The notes under the pieces were generated by a model, which did no database searches, was not told the origin of the DNA, and saw only the letters and a list, made by a program, of their open reading frames with translations. Below are positions 1 through 11,600 of a DNA stretch of 64,000 nt, in pieces; the first letter of the stretch is position 1; each line of letters begins with the position of its first letter. Origin of the DNA: a virus; the IMG/VR virus record IMGVR_UViG_3300042905_003268, positions 39,780 through 103,779 of that record; one strand, written 5' to 3'. The position numbers were made by a program, and so were the translations under genes.

Positions 1-363
1 TAGTGTATCTGCTGTTATTATTTCAAGGAACTGCGGCGCTTTCTTAGCAAGGTATTCGCCGTGGCGAGTCCAGCCATGATTCCCATCGTGAAAATGACAA
101 TCAGCATTGGGGACGATCTTTCTGATATCTTTAAGGAACTGCTTTGTCTCACGGACTCCTCCATCATCTATAGAAATTGACATTTCTAGTGGCTTATCTG
201 CTGCCCACCTACTAGTGGAATCTGCATCGTCAATGTCACCAAGCAGATCTACTGCGTCTGGCTTAAACCACTTCATAACTTTAAGAAATAGGTCTACCTT
301 ACGCGGGTCGTGCCTAGGGAAGTGAACGTCTGAAACCATCATCCACTTTAGGTCGTTATTCAT
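1..363 (-). CDS. Calcineurin-like metallophosphoesterase (runs off the window edge)
   Basis: Own translation MNNDLKWMMVSDVHFP...LLGDIDD...HDGNHG has the DxH, GD and GNH motifs; not in the ORF track. Confidence 0.8.
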   Translation of the reverse strand, partial: MNNDLKWMMVSDVHFPRHDPRKVDLFLKVMKWFKPDAVDLLGDIDDADSTSRWAADKPLEMSISIDDGGVRETKQFLKDIRKIVPNADCHFHDGNHGWTRHGEYLAKKAPQFLEIITADTL

Positions 364-374
364 AAAATTCCTAT

Positions 375-635
375 CTATTTATGCGCTTTCATATGTTGAG
401 CGCGGGTACATACGAAAAGATTATACTCCTCGTTGCATTGTTTGTCACCATTAATGTGATGTACGGTTTCCCAGTCTTTTAATATTCTACAATATTTTTT
501 TTCCATGACCAGTCTATGCTCATAGTACCAGCCGCCTCCGAAGCACTTGGGATGCTCTGGAACCCATATTAATACATACCCATCTCGTATTATTTTTTTC
601 TTTTTATTCCATAAGGCAATAGGATTATATTTCAT
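375..635 (-). CDS. HNH endonuclease (HNH_3-like)
   Basis: YEHRLVME...VHHINGDKQCNEEYNL; likely start ATG 635 overlaps the upstream stop. Confidence 0.8.
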   Translation of the reverse strand: MKYNPIALWNKKKKIIRDGYVLIWVPEHPKCFGGGWYYEHRLVMEKKYCRILKDWETVHHINGDKQCNEEYNLFVCTRAQHMKAHK

Positions 636-1024
636 TAATCCGTTTCGCCCATTGCAATGCAATGAACTCTAGTTGATGGGGCAGAATTAATTATCTTAAA
701 CTTTACTCTGTCCTTAGTTAATTCTATTATATAAACATATGGATTTTTATCAGTAGACTGAGACATATTTTCTGCAGTTAAAACTACTGCTGGTGGATTT
801 TTATAATTAGATCCGAATGAAAATTCTAATTTATCATTCTTATTAAATAGTTTTCTATCAGCAAAAAACGCCAGATTCTCTAAATCTTTGAATGAACCCT
901 GAATGGAACTAAAAGATTTTTTTAATTTAGTCAACTGTTCCTCAACAGAATTTATCTTTTCAGATAAATCTTTGAGCATCTTATAGTCTATTCTTGCGTA
1001 TGCTTCATTAATGTCTACTGTCAT
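635..1024 (-). CDS. Hypothetical protein, coiled-coil N-terminus and beta-rich C-terminus (possibly tail-associated)
   Basis: 129-aa ORF tightly packed in the operon. Confidence 0.5.
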   Translation of the reverse strand: MTVDINEAYARIDYKMLKDLSEKINSVEEQLTKLKKSFSSIQGSFKDLENLAFFADRKLFNKNDKLEFSFGSNYKNPPAVVLTAENMSQSTDKNPYVYIIELTKDRVKFKIINSAPSTRVHCIAMGETD

Positions 1025-1026
1025 TT

Positions 1027-1188
1027 TTATTCAGATTCTTTCATCAATTCTTTAATCTTTTCATCTCGTAATGATATTTCTTCTGTCGCCTGTGCTTTTA
1101 ACATAGCCATCTGAATTTCGTAATTAGATGTAATTTGACCAATTCTATTCTGTAGTTCTTGTACTACTAATTCTATTGTACTGGACAT
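1027..1188 (-). CDS. Small coiled-coil hypothetical protein (53 aa)
   Basis: Own translation MSSTIELVVQELQNRIGQ...; fills the gap exactly with a TAATG overlap. Confidence 0.6.
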   Translation of the reverse strand: MSSTIELVVQELQNRIGQITSNYEIQMAMLKAQATEEISLRDEKIKELMKESE

Positions 1189-1451
1189 TAAACTACCTCT
1201 TCTATTTCTGGATACTCTAATAATAATTCTTGCAACCTAGAAATTAATATTTCTTCTTTTATATCATACTTTGCTAATTCTGCTTCACAAGATAGAATTA
1301 TTAACGAATTTGGATCGGGAAGTCCCTGCTCTTGTAAAATACTCAAATCGGCTATATACCTATTATATTGAACATTTTTTATTTGAGACCTTACGATTTG
1401 TTTTTTTTCTTCTCCTGATAATTCACTATAAGACATTGTTCCTCCATTCAC
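1188..1451 (-). CDS. Hypothetical protein
   Basis: ORF track; GGAGG precedes the probable start MSYSE. Confidence 0.55.
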   Translation of the reverse strand: MNGGTMSYSELSGEEKKQIVRSQIKNVQYNRYIADLSILQEQGLPDPNSLIILSCEAELAKYDIKEEILISRLQELLLEYPEIEEVV

Positions 1452-1466
1452 TATTATACATCATAC

Positions 1467-2021
1467 TTATTCATTTACCGGACAATCATTTAACCATCCA
1501 ACTATAACATATTTTTTACCTTCAGTAACGGGGAGGGCAGCATGATTGTAAATAAAGTTTGATGGGAAAATAACCAATTTTGGAGTCTTCGGCTTTACGT
1601 TTAGGTCAAAGAACTGGAAGTAGGTTTCTCCTCCAGAGTACTCACCTGGGTTTAAATATACTAAAATAGATATTGTTCTATAAAAAACATAATCACTATC
1701 AGAGTGTGGGAGGTACTGTCCTCCCTTAGAATATTTTAATATTCCTAAATCTACATTTTTTGTATAACTTGTTATGTATTTTTCACAGTAGTCGTCTATG
1801 CATTGATAAATATATAATTTTATTTTTTCTACAACATCGCTACTTTGGTCTAATAAATAATTTTTACTGGATCTAATAGATGTATTTATTTGATCTACCC
1901 CAACTCCAGAATTAACCCAACTATATATGTCGCTATTTATAATTTGATTATTTATCTCGTTGCATAGATTTTCTGGAAAATCATATTCTCTAATTCCTAA
2001 GGATAATTCTTTAGAATTCAT
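1467..2021 (-). CDS. 2OG-Fe(II) oxygenase, prolyl-4-hydroxylase-like
   Basis: HSD...YLN..YSGGETYF...IFPS...H..LPVTEGKKY. Confidence 0.85.
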   Translation of the reverse strand: MNSKELSLGIREYDFPENLCNEINNQIINSDIYSWVNSGVGVDQINTSIRSSKNYLLDQSSDVVEKIKLYIYQCIDDYCEKYITSYTKNVDLGILKYSKGGQYLPHSDSDYVFYRTISILVYLNPGEYSGGETYFQFFDLNVKPKTPKLVIFPSNFIYNHAALPVTEGKKYVIVGWLNDCPVNE

Positions 2022-2068
2022 ACTGACTCCGTACTATAATGGTTTTATTATACTAGATTGGATTATAA

Positions 2069-2641
2069 ATGCCTCACGAAAATAAAAGTTTTTATATGGT
2101 TAAAAATGCCATTCCTGCAGAAATGTCAAAACTTATTTACCAGTATGCCATTTTTGATCAAATAAAAACTGGTAGAGTGGGGGATCATCAAGTTCCTACG
2201 GCTCATGGTAAGTATGCAGATCCCCTAATGGAGTCTTTGCTTTTACTTGTTCAGCCTATTATTGAAAAAACAACAGGTCTTTCTCTATATCCAACATATG
2301 CTTATTATAGAATATATAGAAGAGGAGATATTCTAAAGCCACATTATGATCGTCCGTCCTGTGAAATATCTGCAAGTTTATGTATCGGACATAATTACGA
2401 AAATTATGAATGGCCCCTATTTGTTGATGACTCCAAAATAATATTAGAGCCTACAGATCTAGCAATTTATAAAGGTTTGGATTCGTTGCATTGGCGAGAT
2501 GAATTTTTAGGACCGCATAATGCTGTTCAAGTTCAAGCCTTTTTGCATTATGTGGACGAAAATGGTCCCTACCAGGAATACAAATACGATGGTCGTCCTG
2601 CGGTGGGATTTCCATCATCATCTAAAAGAATTATTGACTAA
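2069..2641 (+). CDS. 2OG-Fe(II) oxygenase (phage type)
   Basis: PTYAYYRIY...[13 protein letters not shown]...HWR...QAFLHYV. Confidence 0.75.
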   Translation: MPHENKSFYMVKNAIPAEMSKLIYQYAIFDQIKTGRVGDHQVPTAHGKYADPLMESLLLLVQPIIEKTTGLSLYPTYAYYRIYRRGDILKPHYDRPSCEISASLCIGHNYENYEWPLFVDDSKIILEPTDLAIYKGLDSLHWRDEFLGPHNAVQVQAFLHYVDENGPYQEYKYDGRPAVGFPSSSKRIID

Positions 2642-5429
2642 GCCATTCTTTTCTATTGTATACGAGAGCATTTTGTGTAAAGAATATATCGTACGGTTCG
2701 CAATCAACAACATATACGATTTCTTCTATGTCTGTAGCAATTTCTACTGAATCTATTTGTCTCCACCCCATTAAATTATAATCAAATATCTTATATGTTG
2801 TATCTAAAAATACTGACTGAGTAAACGAGTACACCCCGTCCTTTTCAACCAAAATATTATGATTATCGGTAAACCATTCATTGTTTATTTTAACCATAGT
2901 GCCAGTAACTCGTCTTGCATAAATATTAGTTACTTCTGTTGTTGTGTATCCATTATTTGTGAAGGTTTCAGAACTCCAATTATCTACATCGAAAGTCTCT
3001 CCTGCTAATGGCACTTCAGAAATATCTAAGGACACAAGCATATCTCCTATAGACAAGTACTTTACTTCAACATATCCATAGTCTCTAGTAAGAACTTTTG
3101 TATCTGGTCCAAGGCTAGTTGCTGGTGGTGGTTTTGGTGCTGGTGTAGGCGTTGGTGTAGGCGTGGGTGTAGGCGTGGGTGTGGGTGTAGGCGTGGGTGT
3201 GGGTGTGGGTGTGGGTGTAGGCGTGGGTGTAGGCGTGGGTGTGGGTGTAGGCGTGGGTGTGGGTGTTGGTGTTGGTGTTGGGGCGGGACTTGGTGTTGTG
3301 AATGATGTGCTAGACGTTGAACTACCTCCTGCACCAGTTGCCGTTAGAGTTGCAGTATAAGAAGTTCCCGTGGAAAGGTCACTATCGAATCCTACCCCAA
3401 CAGAAAGACTGGTTGATGTTGTTGAATAACTAGTACTTCCTCCAAATGGGTTAGATATTACAATAGAATAAGAACTTGCATTAGTAGCAGACCATGACAG
3501 AGTAGCAGTTGTTGTTGTTGAGGAAGCACTAAAAGAAAAAATAGTGGGTGGAGGTGGTGGAGGACTTGTGGTTGTAAATGAAACGCCGTTTGAATTAGTC
3601 ACTTGCATTGTGTCACCAGCATAATTTATCGCTGCAACCTGAGCGTAGTAATTCCGTCCTGGTTCTAAACCTGTTGCAGTATATGGACTAGAAACATTAG
3701 AATATGTAAAGTCGAACTCTCCAATTACGTCTGTCACAAAAAGGGTGTACTCCGTGGCATAGGAGGAGTTGGTCCAACTAAATTTTGCAGAGTTTTGTCC
3801 TACATCACTTACAGATAGACTAAATGCTCCTGGATTTGGGGGATATGTATTTGCCGTAACGGATGCTGAATATGGACCAGTTCCAGTAGGATTAACTCCT
3901 GCTACTCTAAAGTAGTATAAAGTTCCCGCCGATAATCCTGTAACTGTAAAATTAGAACTAGAAGTTCCATTTACTGTAGTCCATGTTGAATTGTCAGTAC
4001 TGTATTGTATACGATAATACGGAGATGATAAATTAAATCCATATATCTCATTCCAAACTAAATACACCTGACTCTGACTTAATGTGTATGCTTGCAGTCC
4101 TGTCGGCGCTGGGGGAGGTGAAATTAGTGTAGTAAAACTTACAAGATTAGAGTTAGTAACATCTACTTCATTGACAGCCGCTACCTGTACATCATATGAA
4201 ACTCCTGGAGATAGTCCTGTTAAAGTATAGAAGGTTGATGTAATATTACTTACGGACTCACCATTTCCAAACTGGTCGGTATAAAATACAACATAATAAC
4301 TAGCATTACTTGATGCCGTCCAAGTTAAATTAACGCTATTCTGACCAACACTATTATATGAAAGTGTAAATGGCCCAGGAGAACTAAAAATAATTCCGGG
4401 CGAATTAGCAAAAGCATAGGCCCAGTCAGAAAATGTTGAATCAACCAAAAGCCTAGCGCCTACTCTGCATGTAACATAATATCCTATATCAGAATTTGAT
4501 AAAGTATAACTTGAAAAAAATGCTCCTGGTATCTCTGACCATGTAGAATTATTTAAACTTCTTACCCATTGATATGCATAAAACAATGTTCCAGTACCAG
4601 TCCATGTGCCATTACTATTTACCTGTTGAGTAGATCCTACAATTCTAAAGCCCGTAGTAGTTGGAAGAACAGTATTTACTGGTGCTGGAGGTGGGTCTGT
4701 TGTAAATGGCGTTCCTGTAAGAGATGCCGTATTTCCAGTAGAAGATTTTATTATTATCTGTGGAGTATATTCTGTACTCGGATCTAAGTTTGAAAAACTA
4801 TAAGATCTAGCAGAAGTACTAGATATTTCTCCACTATTTACCTGACCAGTTCCATCTCCAAAGGGGTAGTACAGGATTATTCTATATGTAGATTGATTTG
4901 TAGATTGCCATGAAAGTGTGGCGGAATTAAAAGTCTTTGATACTAAAACAAAATTAGAAACTGTAGGAATAATAGGTATGGAAACATTTTCACTATCCTG
5001 AGCCATTGTATCTGTTTCTGAATAAACTCTTAAAGTAAAAACATAATTACCTGGAGAAATATTATTTGTAATTGTATATGTCTTTAATTGAGTATATACT
5101 TCTGTTGTTGTAAATACCTGAGATGGATTATCTGTCCTGTAATAAGATATTACTATATATTCTTGATATTCTGAATCCCAATTTAAAGTAACAGACGATG
5201 GTGTTGTAGAATAATCTGTTATAGATACTGTTGGAGTTAAGGTTCCAAAAAACACCGTCCATCCTGTCATTGTGCCGAATGATGGTTCATATACCCACCC
5301 AACATCAACAGATTTCCAAGATAGGTTAGTACCATCACCCACCCATACTGCACTTACTAATTTATTTCCTGAGTCTCCCCAGGCTGGGCTAGCATTTGTA
5401 CTATCATATAGTCTTATTTGCTTTGGCAT
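2631..5429 (-). CDS. Virion-type protein: FN3 repeats, (PT)n tract and C-terminal Hint-like domain
   Basis: Repeated LxW...Y...TGL.PG..Y.V.V.A.N FN3 signature; PT repeat; [10 protein letters not shown] / TDNH / LVYN Hint blocks. Confidence 0.75.
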   Translation of the reverse strand: MPKQIRLYDSTNASPAWGDSGNKLVSAVWVGDGTNLSWKSVDVGWVYEPSFGTMTGWTVFFGTLTPTVSITDYSTTPSSVTLNWDSEYQEYIVISYYRTDNPSQVFTTTEVYTQLKTYTITNNISPGNYVFTLRVYSETDTMAQDSENVSIPIIPTVSNFVLVSKTFNSATLSWQSTNQSTYRIILYYPFGDGTGQVNSGEISSTSARSYSFSNLDPSTEYTPQIIIKSSTGNTASLTGTPFTTDPPPAPVNTVLPTTTGFRIVGSTQQVNSNGTWTGTGTLFYAYQWVRSLNNSTWSEIPGAFFSSYTLSNSDIGYYVTCRVGARLLVDSTFSDWAYAFANSPGIIFSSPGPFTLSYNSVGQNSVNLTWTASSNASYYVVFYTDQFGNGESVSNITSTFYTLTGLSPGVSYDVQVAAVNEVDVTNSNLVSFTTLISPPPAPTGLQAYTLSQSQVYLVWNEIYGFNLSSPYYRIQYSTDNSTWTTVNGTSSSNFTVTGLSAGTLYYFRVAGVNPTGTGPYSASVTANTYPPNPGAFSLSVSDVGQNSAKFSWTNSSYATEYTLFVTDVIGEFDFTYSNVSSPYTATGLEPGRNYYAQVAAINYAGDTMQVTNSNGVSFTTTSPPPPPPTIFSFSASSTTTTATLSWSATNASSYSIVISNPFGGSTSYSTTSTSLSVGVGFDSDLSTGTSYTATLTATGAGGSSTSSTSFTTPSPAPTPTPTPTPTPTPTPTPTPTPTPTPTPTPTPTPTPTPTPTPTPTPTPAPKPPPATSLGPDTKVLTRDYGYVEVKYLSIGDMLVSLDISEVPLAGETFDVDNWSSETFTNNGYTTTEVTNIYARRVTGTMVKINNEWFTDNHNILVEKDGVYSFTQSVFLDTTYKIFDYNLMGWRQIDSVEIATDIEEIVYVVDCEPYDIFFTQNALVYNRKEWLSQ
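3139..3290 (-). repeat. Coding (Pro-Thr)n tandem repeat
   Basis: GGTGTR/GGCGTG hexamer run on the + strand; encodes PTPTPT. Confidence 0.95.
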
Positions 5430-6742
5430 TACAAATACCTTAAGTGTATGTCTCCACGATTCGGAGTACCAGTCGGGCCGGAAGCACTAAATGTAATCTT
5501 ATTTCCATCGGATGGAGAGTTAATTCCGTTCTTATACCTGTTTCTTATAGTTGCAGGAGTTTCAACAGTTTCACCATCAATTGTAAATGATCCACCATTA
5601 TTGGTATCTATATTTACATCTTTTGATCTTAAAATAATGTTTCCCTGGGCACCAGCATCTATTAAAATTTTACCATCATTTCCCCCAAGAGCGCCTAAGG
5701 ATCTAACCACAAAGTACTGGGGGAAATTAGATGAAGTCGGTTCCCATCCAACAGTAGCCCTTTGGTAATCTGTTTGATCTACCCATCTTATTTTTGCAGG
5801 ATCTCCTCCACTTACTGCCTCTAATACAATATCTTTTCCATCCGTAGAAAGTAAAGAATAGGTCAAGGGGGCGCTTTCGGGCCAACCTGGAAGAACTTTT
5901 ACAGTTGCGGCCCCACCCTCAACAATAAGTCCAGTACTAGTTACTGTGCCCTTTATTGTTAATGATGTACTATCCCAATAAAATTTATCCTTTAATGAAA
6001 GTTTTCCAGTCGAATCGACATAGAATGCTGTTTGAATATCACGATATCCACTACCTATTTCTCCTGTTGGGTTAACTCTCGTTCCAACATAAATCTGACC
6101 GCGTGGGGATGAATCATTAGATTTAATAACTATTGGAACTAAAGTTCCTACACTAATTTGTTGATTAGCCTGCAGGGTTCCAGTTGTGATTTTATCTGCA
6201 CTTAGATCAGAAATATATGCATTAGCAAACATCGGAATGGCAGACGCCTGTGTAGTAGGTGAGGCAGAAGATCTTTGCCCACTCATATCTACTGCTATAA
6301 CATAGAACCATCTACTGGCTGTTTCTCCTGGAGCATTTACTGAAAGAGTCCCTTCTGAATATGCTCCTAATCCTGGCCTAGTAGCCTTGACAGTACCTAT
6401 TTGAGTACCACCAGAATTAGAATCGGTGGTGCTTACATATACTTCAAAGTAGTCTATGTCTGCTTCTAGGTTTCCTCCGCCGTTTTTTGTTGCATCATGC
6501 CTAAATCTAACAGTTTGAGGACCCATTGCTGATGCATTTCTAGAAGACTGTGTTGAAAGATCTGGAACAAATATCGTGGGCGCGGAGGGCTGAGATGGAG
6601 GATCTGTATCTCCTTTAACCTTTAATTTAAATAATTTAGACCAGTTACTATATGACCCATCTCTATATAATGCTCTTACTCTTATAGAATGATTGGAGTT
6701 AGGTTGTAACCCATCAATATTAAAAATTTTTTCCGTGGTCAT
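5429..6742 (-). CDS. Minor tail / fibre protein with FN3-like N-terminus
   Basis: [14 protein letters not shown]; [14 protein letters not shown] fibre-type motif; position after the tail tip genes. Confidence 0.6.
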   Translation of the reverse strand: MTTEKIFNIDGLQPNSNHSIRVRALYRDGSYSNWSKLFKLKVKGDTDPPSQPSAPTIFVPDLSTQSSRNASAMGPQTVRFRHDATKNGGGNLEADIDYFEVYVSTTDSNSGGTQIGTVKATRPGLGAYSEGTLSVNAPGETASRWFYVIAVDMSGQRSSASPTTQASAIPMFANAYISDLSADKITTGTLQANQQISVGTLVPIVIKSNDSSPRGQIYVGTRVNPTGEIGSGYRDIQTAFYVDSTGKLSLKDKFYWDSTSLTIKGTVTSTGLIVEGGAATVKVLPGWPESAPLTYSLLSTDGKDIVLEAVSGGDPAKIRWVDQTDYQRATVGWEPTSSNFPQYFVVRSLGALGGNDGKILIDAGAQGNIILRSKDVNIDTNNGGSFTIDGETVETPATIRNRYKNGINSPSDGNKITFSASGPTGTPNRGDIHLRYL

Positions 6743-7662
6743 ACAATTCTTACCCTATATTCTATATCTACTTCTATCCCAGGATTTTTCACGATATAGT
6801 CAGAAGAGGAGTTTCCTGATACAGATCCAATTAATGATCTACTTACTAAAGAAAATAAAGGATCTATCTCATCGGCATCATTAATTCTTATAGCGTCAAG
6901 GCTCGCTGCTGCGGTAGAACTTGTGGATGATGCTGAAATAATAATCTTTGATATAGTGTTATTAAAATTATTATTAGTAAGATTTCCTAATTGTGTTGTA
7001 AAAATTTTATAACCAGTAGTATTTGTTGGAAGAGTTACATTTATACTTTTAGATCCTGGAGAGGGCAACTGATCGTCCTGGAAGGTAATGGTGATGACTC
7101 TATTAGAGCCAGTAGCAGTAACATTATAAAGTATTGATAATGTATCTAAACTAGAATACCCAGATAAATCAACTGTAGAATTGGTTTGAGCATAGGCAGA
7201 AGCATTAGAAATATTTAAATTTCTTGATCCAACCCTAGATGTAGAAGAGAACAGGGAAGAAGATAGGATAGCACCATTTGAGTCTGCCCAAGTTTCATCA
7301 AAGTTAACTAAAACTCTATCATCAAATCCTTCTGAAGAAATATTTACTACAGATGAATATAACCCAATTTCATAAATTCTGCCATTGAATTCTGTAGGTA
7401 GCGTTCCACTAAGTATTAATTCATTATCCTCTACACTCTTTAAAAGAACTGGGACGCGAATTGATTCAAACTCTAGGGACCTGTCTGTTGCTGATGGAGC
7501 GGACGAATTGCTGGCTCCTATTGATAGCGCCCCAGCCCAGTCTGAGACTCCTCCAGCCATATATGTTCTAATAATATGCATACCATCATTAGTGATAATA
7601 TTTTTGCATTCCCCAACAAGTTTTTTATTATTATAAATAAAATATTTACCCTGCATTATCAA
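6739..7662 (-). CDS. Minor tail / baseplate protein
   Basis: NIITNDG...IYEIGL...IEYRV pattern; synteny. Confidence 0.5.
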   Translation of the reverse strand: MIMQGKYFIYNNKKLVGECKNIITNDGMHIIRTYMAGGVSDWAGALSIGASNSSAPSATDRSLEFESIRVPVLLKSVEDNELILSGTLPTEFNGRIYEIGLYSSVVNISSEGFDDRVLVNFDETWADSNGAILSSSLFSSTSRVGSRNLNISNASAYAQTNSTVDLSGYSSLDTLSILYNVTATGSNRVITITFQDDQLPSPGSKSINVTLPTNTTGYKIFTTQLGNLTNNNFNNTISKIIISASSTSSTAAASLDAIRINDADEIDPLFSLVSRSLIGSVSGNSSSDYIVKNPGIEVDIEYRVRIV

Positions 7663-8047
7663 TCCTCGTTATCTGAACTTCTATACTAGACATTTCTTTA
7701 TTAGTACTAATTGCCTTTGCAGTAACATCTACTACATACTCTCCATCAGAAGATATGTATAAATTTCCATATGCAAAATCTTCATCATAATCAAATTCTC
7801 CAGAGTCATTTAAAAATTTTATAGATTCTATAGCCCCAGGATTTTTTGAACCATCTGGAGTAGGTATTAAGTCTTCTACATCAGGATCTACTTCAATTTC
7901 ATCTGAATCACTAGATATCTGATCTTTATCTAATAAAGATTCAATAGCGTCTTCTATTGAAGCATCTGTATACTGTCTCGCTTCTGCAAGAATTTGCTTT
8001 CTTAGTATTTCTAAATCTACTGGGTTTTTTCTTGTAAAATCACTCAT
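7646..8047 (-). CDS. Hypothetical acidic protein in tail module
   Basis: ORF track; overlaps the neighbouring gene. Confidence 0.5.
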   Translation of the reverse strand: MSDFTRKNPVDLEILRKQILAEARQYTDASIEDAIESLLDKDQISSDSDEIEVDPDVEDLIPTPDGSKNPGAIESIKFLNDSGEFDYDEDFAYGNLYISSDGEYVVDVTAKAISTNKEMSSIEVQITRIDNAG

Positions 8048-8075
8048 ATGGCACCAATACTATTCTATCATTAAA

Positions 8076-8639
8076 TTATATATTTAGATCAAAAACTTTC
8101 TTTACTGGTTTTAAAATTATTTCCGTACTCAAGCCTTTATCAAATTTTTGTTTTATTGATGATACTATCCAGTATTGTGTTTCTGGGAATTCTACCTTAT
8201 ATGTTTTTATTTTAATTTTTGCTAGATCTCCTACCTGTATCAATGGGTTTGGGGAGATTTTTAAAGATAAATTTTTGTAGTACATATCATAGTATGCACT
8301 TATTATATACAGACAATAATTTGCAATTTCTTCATTTTGTATCCAAACTGATTCTACATCCAGTTGGGCGTCAAAGGAGCCAAGTTCAAGGTCTTCTGAA
8401 ACTTCATACGTTTCACCTTCAATAATTGTAGAACCCTTAACTATCAGACCTCCTCCAGATATGTTATTTGAAGATCCGGCACTTAAATAAATAGTCTGAT
8501 TGCTAGCATTTAATACTGCTATTCTAGCATCTTGAGGAGTTCCGGCAACTATACTAGTGGCTATAGCGTCCTCTGGAACTTCTACAATTTCTTCTATCAC
8601 AAGAATTTTATTGTATTTTTTATTTTTAGTTTTAGCCAT
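8076..8639 (-). CDS. Minor tail protein
   Basis: WIQ...NPLIQVGD...IKQKFD tail-hub-like C-terminal pattern. Confidence 0.5.
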   Translation of the reverse strand: MAKTKNKKYNKILVIEEIVEVPEDAIATSIVAGTPQDARIAVLNASNQTIYLSAGSSNNISGGGLIVKGSTIIEGETYEVSEDLELGSFDAQLDVESVWIQNEEIANYCLYIISAYYDMYYKNLSLKISPNPLIQVGDLAKIKIKTYKVEFPETQYWIVSSIKQKFDKGLSTEIILKPVKKVFDLNI

Positions 8640-11600
8640 TAGAATTCGTCCTTGGTGTCAGAATTTCTCAAATCATTATTTATTTTAACTGAATTTGATT
8701 CATAACTGTACCCTAAAAATTTTGCAGTAGCATTTCCAGATATTGGAAAATCATTAAATTCTATATTTAGTATTTTAAGGCCACGGGCGACTGGGGCACC
8801 TGTCCAGATAAAGTTATCTTTATTTAGTGGATTGTTTATAGAAAATTCTATATTCCTATTATATACAATTTGATTTAATAACGTATTCTTTCCTATGTAA
8901 AAAAGATTTCCGGCCTTTTCATCATAAGAATAATCATTTTCTATATCATCAATATTATCATTATTTAGATTTCTTGGGTCTGATTTTGAAGTAAACGCAA
9001 AGTCATCCAGCCAGCCTCTTCCATATTCTAATGCCACAAAGCCAAAGGTGCTGTCCTTATCTATTTTTAATTTTACTTCGTGTCCCACATCTATTATTTT
9101 TTCTGTCTTTTTCTCTTCCTTATCTTTCCCTTTTTTAATTTTTTGGAATATGCTGGTTGGACCGACATAAACTCTCATAGAATTTCTTGATGCATTAAAA
9201 TTTACATACAATTCTATTTGTTCGTTTTCTTCGAATAGTGTTTCATCAAGTTCCATACGGCCCTTTGGAACTATATTGTTTATAGTTCCATTAACTATTT
9301 CTTGAATAAATAATTTTACCTCAGTTTTTTTATCTTTAGACTCTGTTCCAGTAAATATAAAAAGCCCATCTTTTATTTTTCCAGATTCTATATTTACACC
9401 TATTGCTGCACCTAAGTATCCACTCTTATTTGCTGGTATATTACCTAATCCATACCTCATAAATAATTTTCTTTTACTTCCCACCGTATTATTTTTATTA
9501 GGAGTAATAATAATTCCACCATTAGTTTTTTCAGAAATTAAACTTATTCTTCCATTAGATAATGAATACTTACCATCTGACTTATCCAAGGAACTTACAT
9601 TATCGTACTTAGAGTCGAACTCTTTAGCGCTCCAGTCTTTTGGAGAATTAGCATTTACCGTAATATGTCTATCTGGGATAGTGCCAAATACCCCTCTCTC
9701 TACATTCATCAAATAGCCCGTGGGCTGGTAATAAATAGTTTTTGCTCCAAACCTGTCTGTGGCGTCAGAAATTATTGAAACTAGGTCTTCTCTATTCTTA
9801 ATTATTGCTTTAAACGATTCTCCAGAATTATTAATTTCATTGTTAGATATATTTACTGGAGTGAATATATATTCTAATCCATCGTATTTAACAATTTCAC
9901 TATCTATCAGAAGATACCCATTAAAATCTATAGTTTTATTTATATACTTTAAATTATCTATATTAAATTTTATAAATTTTTGAGACTTAGATGTTATTCC
10001 TGGGGCCGATAGTTCAAAGTAGGGGAGTACCAGTCCTTCTTGTTCCGGCTCCCACACAATCTTACTAGTATTTTTTACCAAAGATCCGCTGCTGTCAGAT
10101 AAAGTTTTTTTAACTTTCTTTCCTATTTTTGGCTGAGTGTAATATGGATATGGCTTTTTATATCTAAGAGTTATCTTTGAAGGTCTTTCATTTTCATCTA
10201 TTAAGAATGATGCTAAATTGCTAGTAGAATTACTATCTGTAAAATCTTGAATATTAACTACATATTCATTTGACACATTATTTAATCTTCTATTTATATC
10301 GTATAAAGATGTAAAACGAACTGCTCCAGTTTCATCTGCAAACATTGAAATTTGATAAACCTTGAATATATCATTCAAGGAGTCTGCTGCGGAATTATCT
10401 TTACTGCTCCAGTAATGATTTATAGATTCTAGATTATTTACTAAATTGTTTTCAGAATTATCATTGCTAAAACTTTTTAATATTCTTAAATCTGATAATT
10501 CATTAGACATATAATCAGAAAAACCTATTGAATCTAAAATACTATATATCACTTCTTGTATTGTTTTCCCCTTTAGATATAGCGGTCTTGACAAGGTTGA
10601 CTGCAGTCTTTTAATAATATCGTAGCATTCTACCTTTATAGTATTGTTAGATTCTGACCATAACTCAGAGTACATTACGAATGCCGGGACGGACGATTTA
10701 GTATTTGCTGGTCCAGAACCTGATAGGCTAGTATCTATATCGAAAAATCCGCGAAGTTTTACACCTCTTACTAGCATGTCTTTAAGTGGCGATCTTGACT
10801 GCTCACTACCAGATACATATATAGATGCATAGTTGCTTATAGGAACAATATCATTAGTTTCGGATGTTTGTAAATCTGGATTAGATATTATTATTGGTAT
10901 TTTACTAAAGTTTATTGTTGCTGAATTAGAAGATAAATTTCCTAGCGGTAGTGGAATAGAGTCGTCTGCTATTTCTTTATTTATAGAAAAATCTATTAAA
11001 TAGTCTGATAAATCTAATGATAGTCTAGGTGATATTTCTATAATATCTAGATAATTTAAATCAAATGCGGAGGTGCCACCCCTAATTTCATTATTACCAG
11101 ATGAATAAGATAATGAATTTATTTCAATCGCTATTGCTTTTATACTTACATATTTATCTATGTCTCCATTAGTTGAAGAAATTTTTGGATATGAATTATA
11201 TGCCCATTGATTAGATGACCATTGCGTTCCATTATAATATATTCTTAAAATTCCACTAGCATTAAATGATGCTGTTGCATGTGTTGCTATTTCTGTCCAG
11301 GCATTATTAATAAATGCTTTTATAGAAAAATTAGATGGTTTATTTATGATAGAATTTACTTTTATCACAACGTTATTTGTTTTAAAATCTTTTTTATAAA
11401 CACACCAAAATTTCTTACTGTCAGAGGAAGATCCAGACACATAGTAACTATTTGGGTTTCCTGCGTATGGAGCAACACTTCTTTGAATTCTAGAGAATCT
11501 TCTTGTGATAGCCCATCTCATAGCCATATGAACATTAGTACATTGTTGAGGAAATGTTTCTGTTGAAGATAAATTAACATTTACTGGACCAGTTTCTAGC

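Noticed and set aside
3062-3360. (GV)n and (HP)n ORFs
   Set aside because: Alternative-frame readings of the PT repeat
8076-8660. Frameshift or pseudogene splitting the large tail protein
   Set aside because: A clean TAATG stop-start overlap indicates two coupled genes; no slippery site recognised
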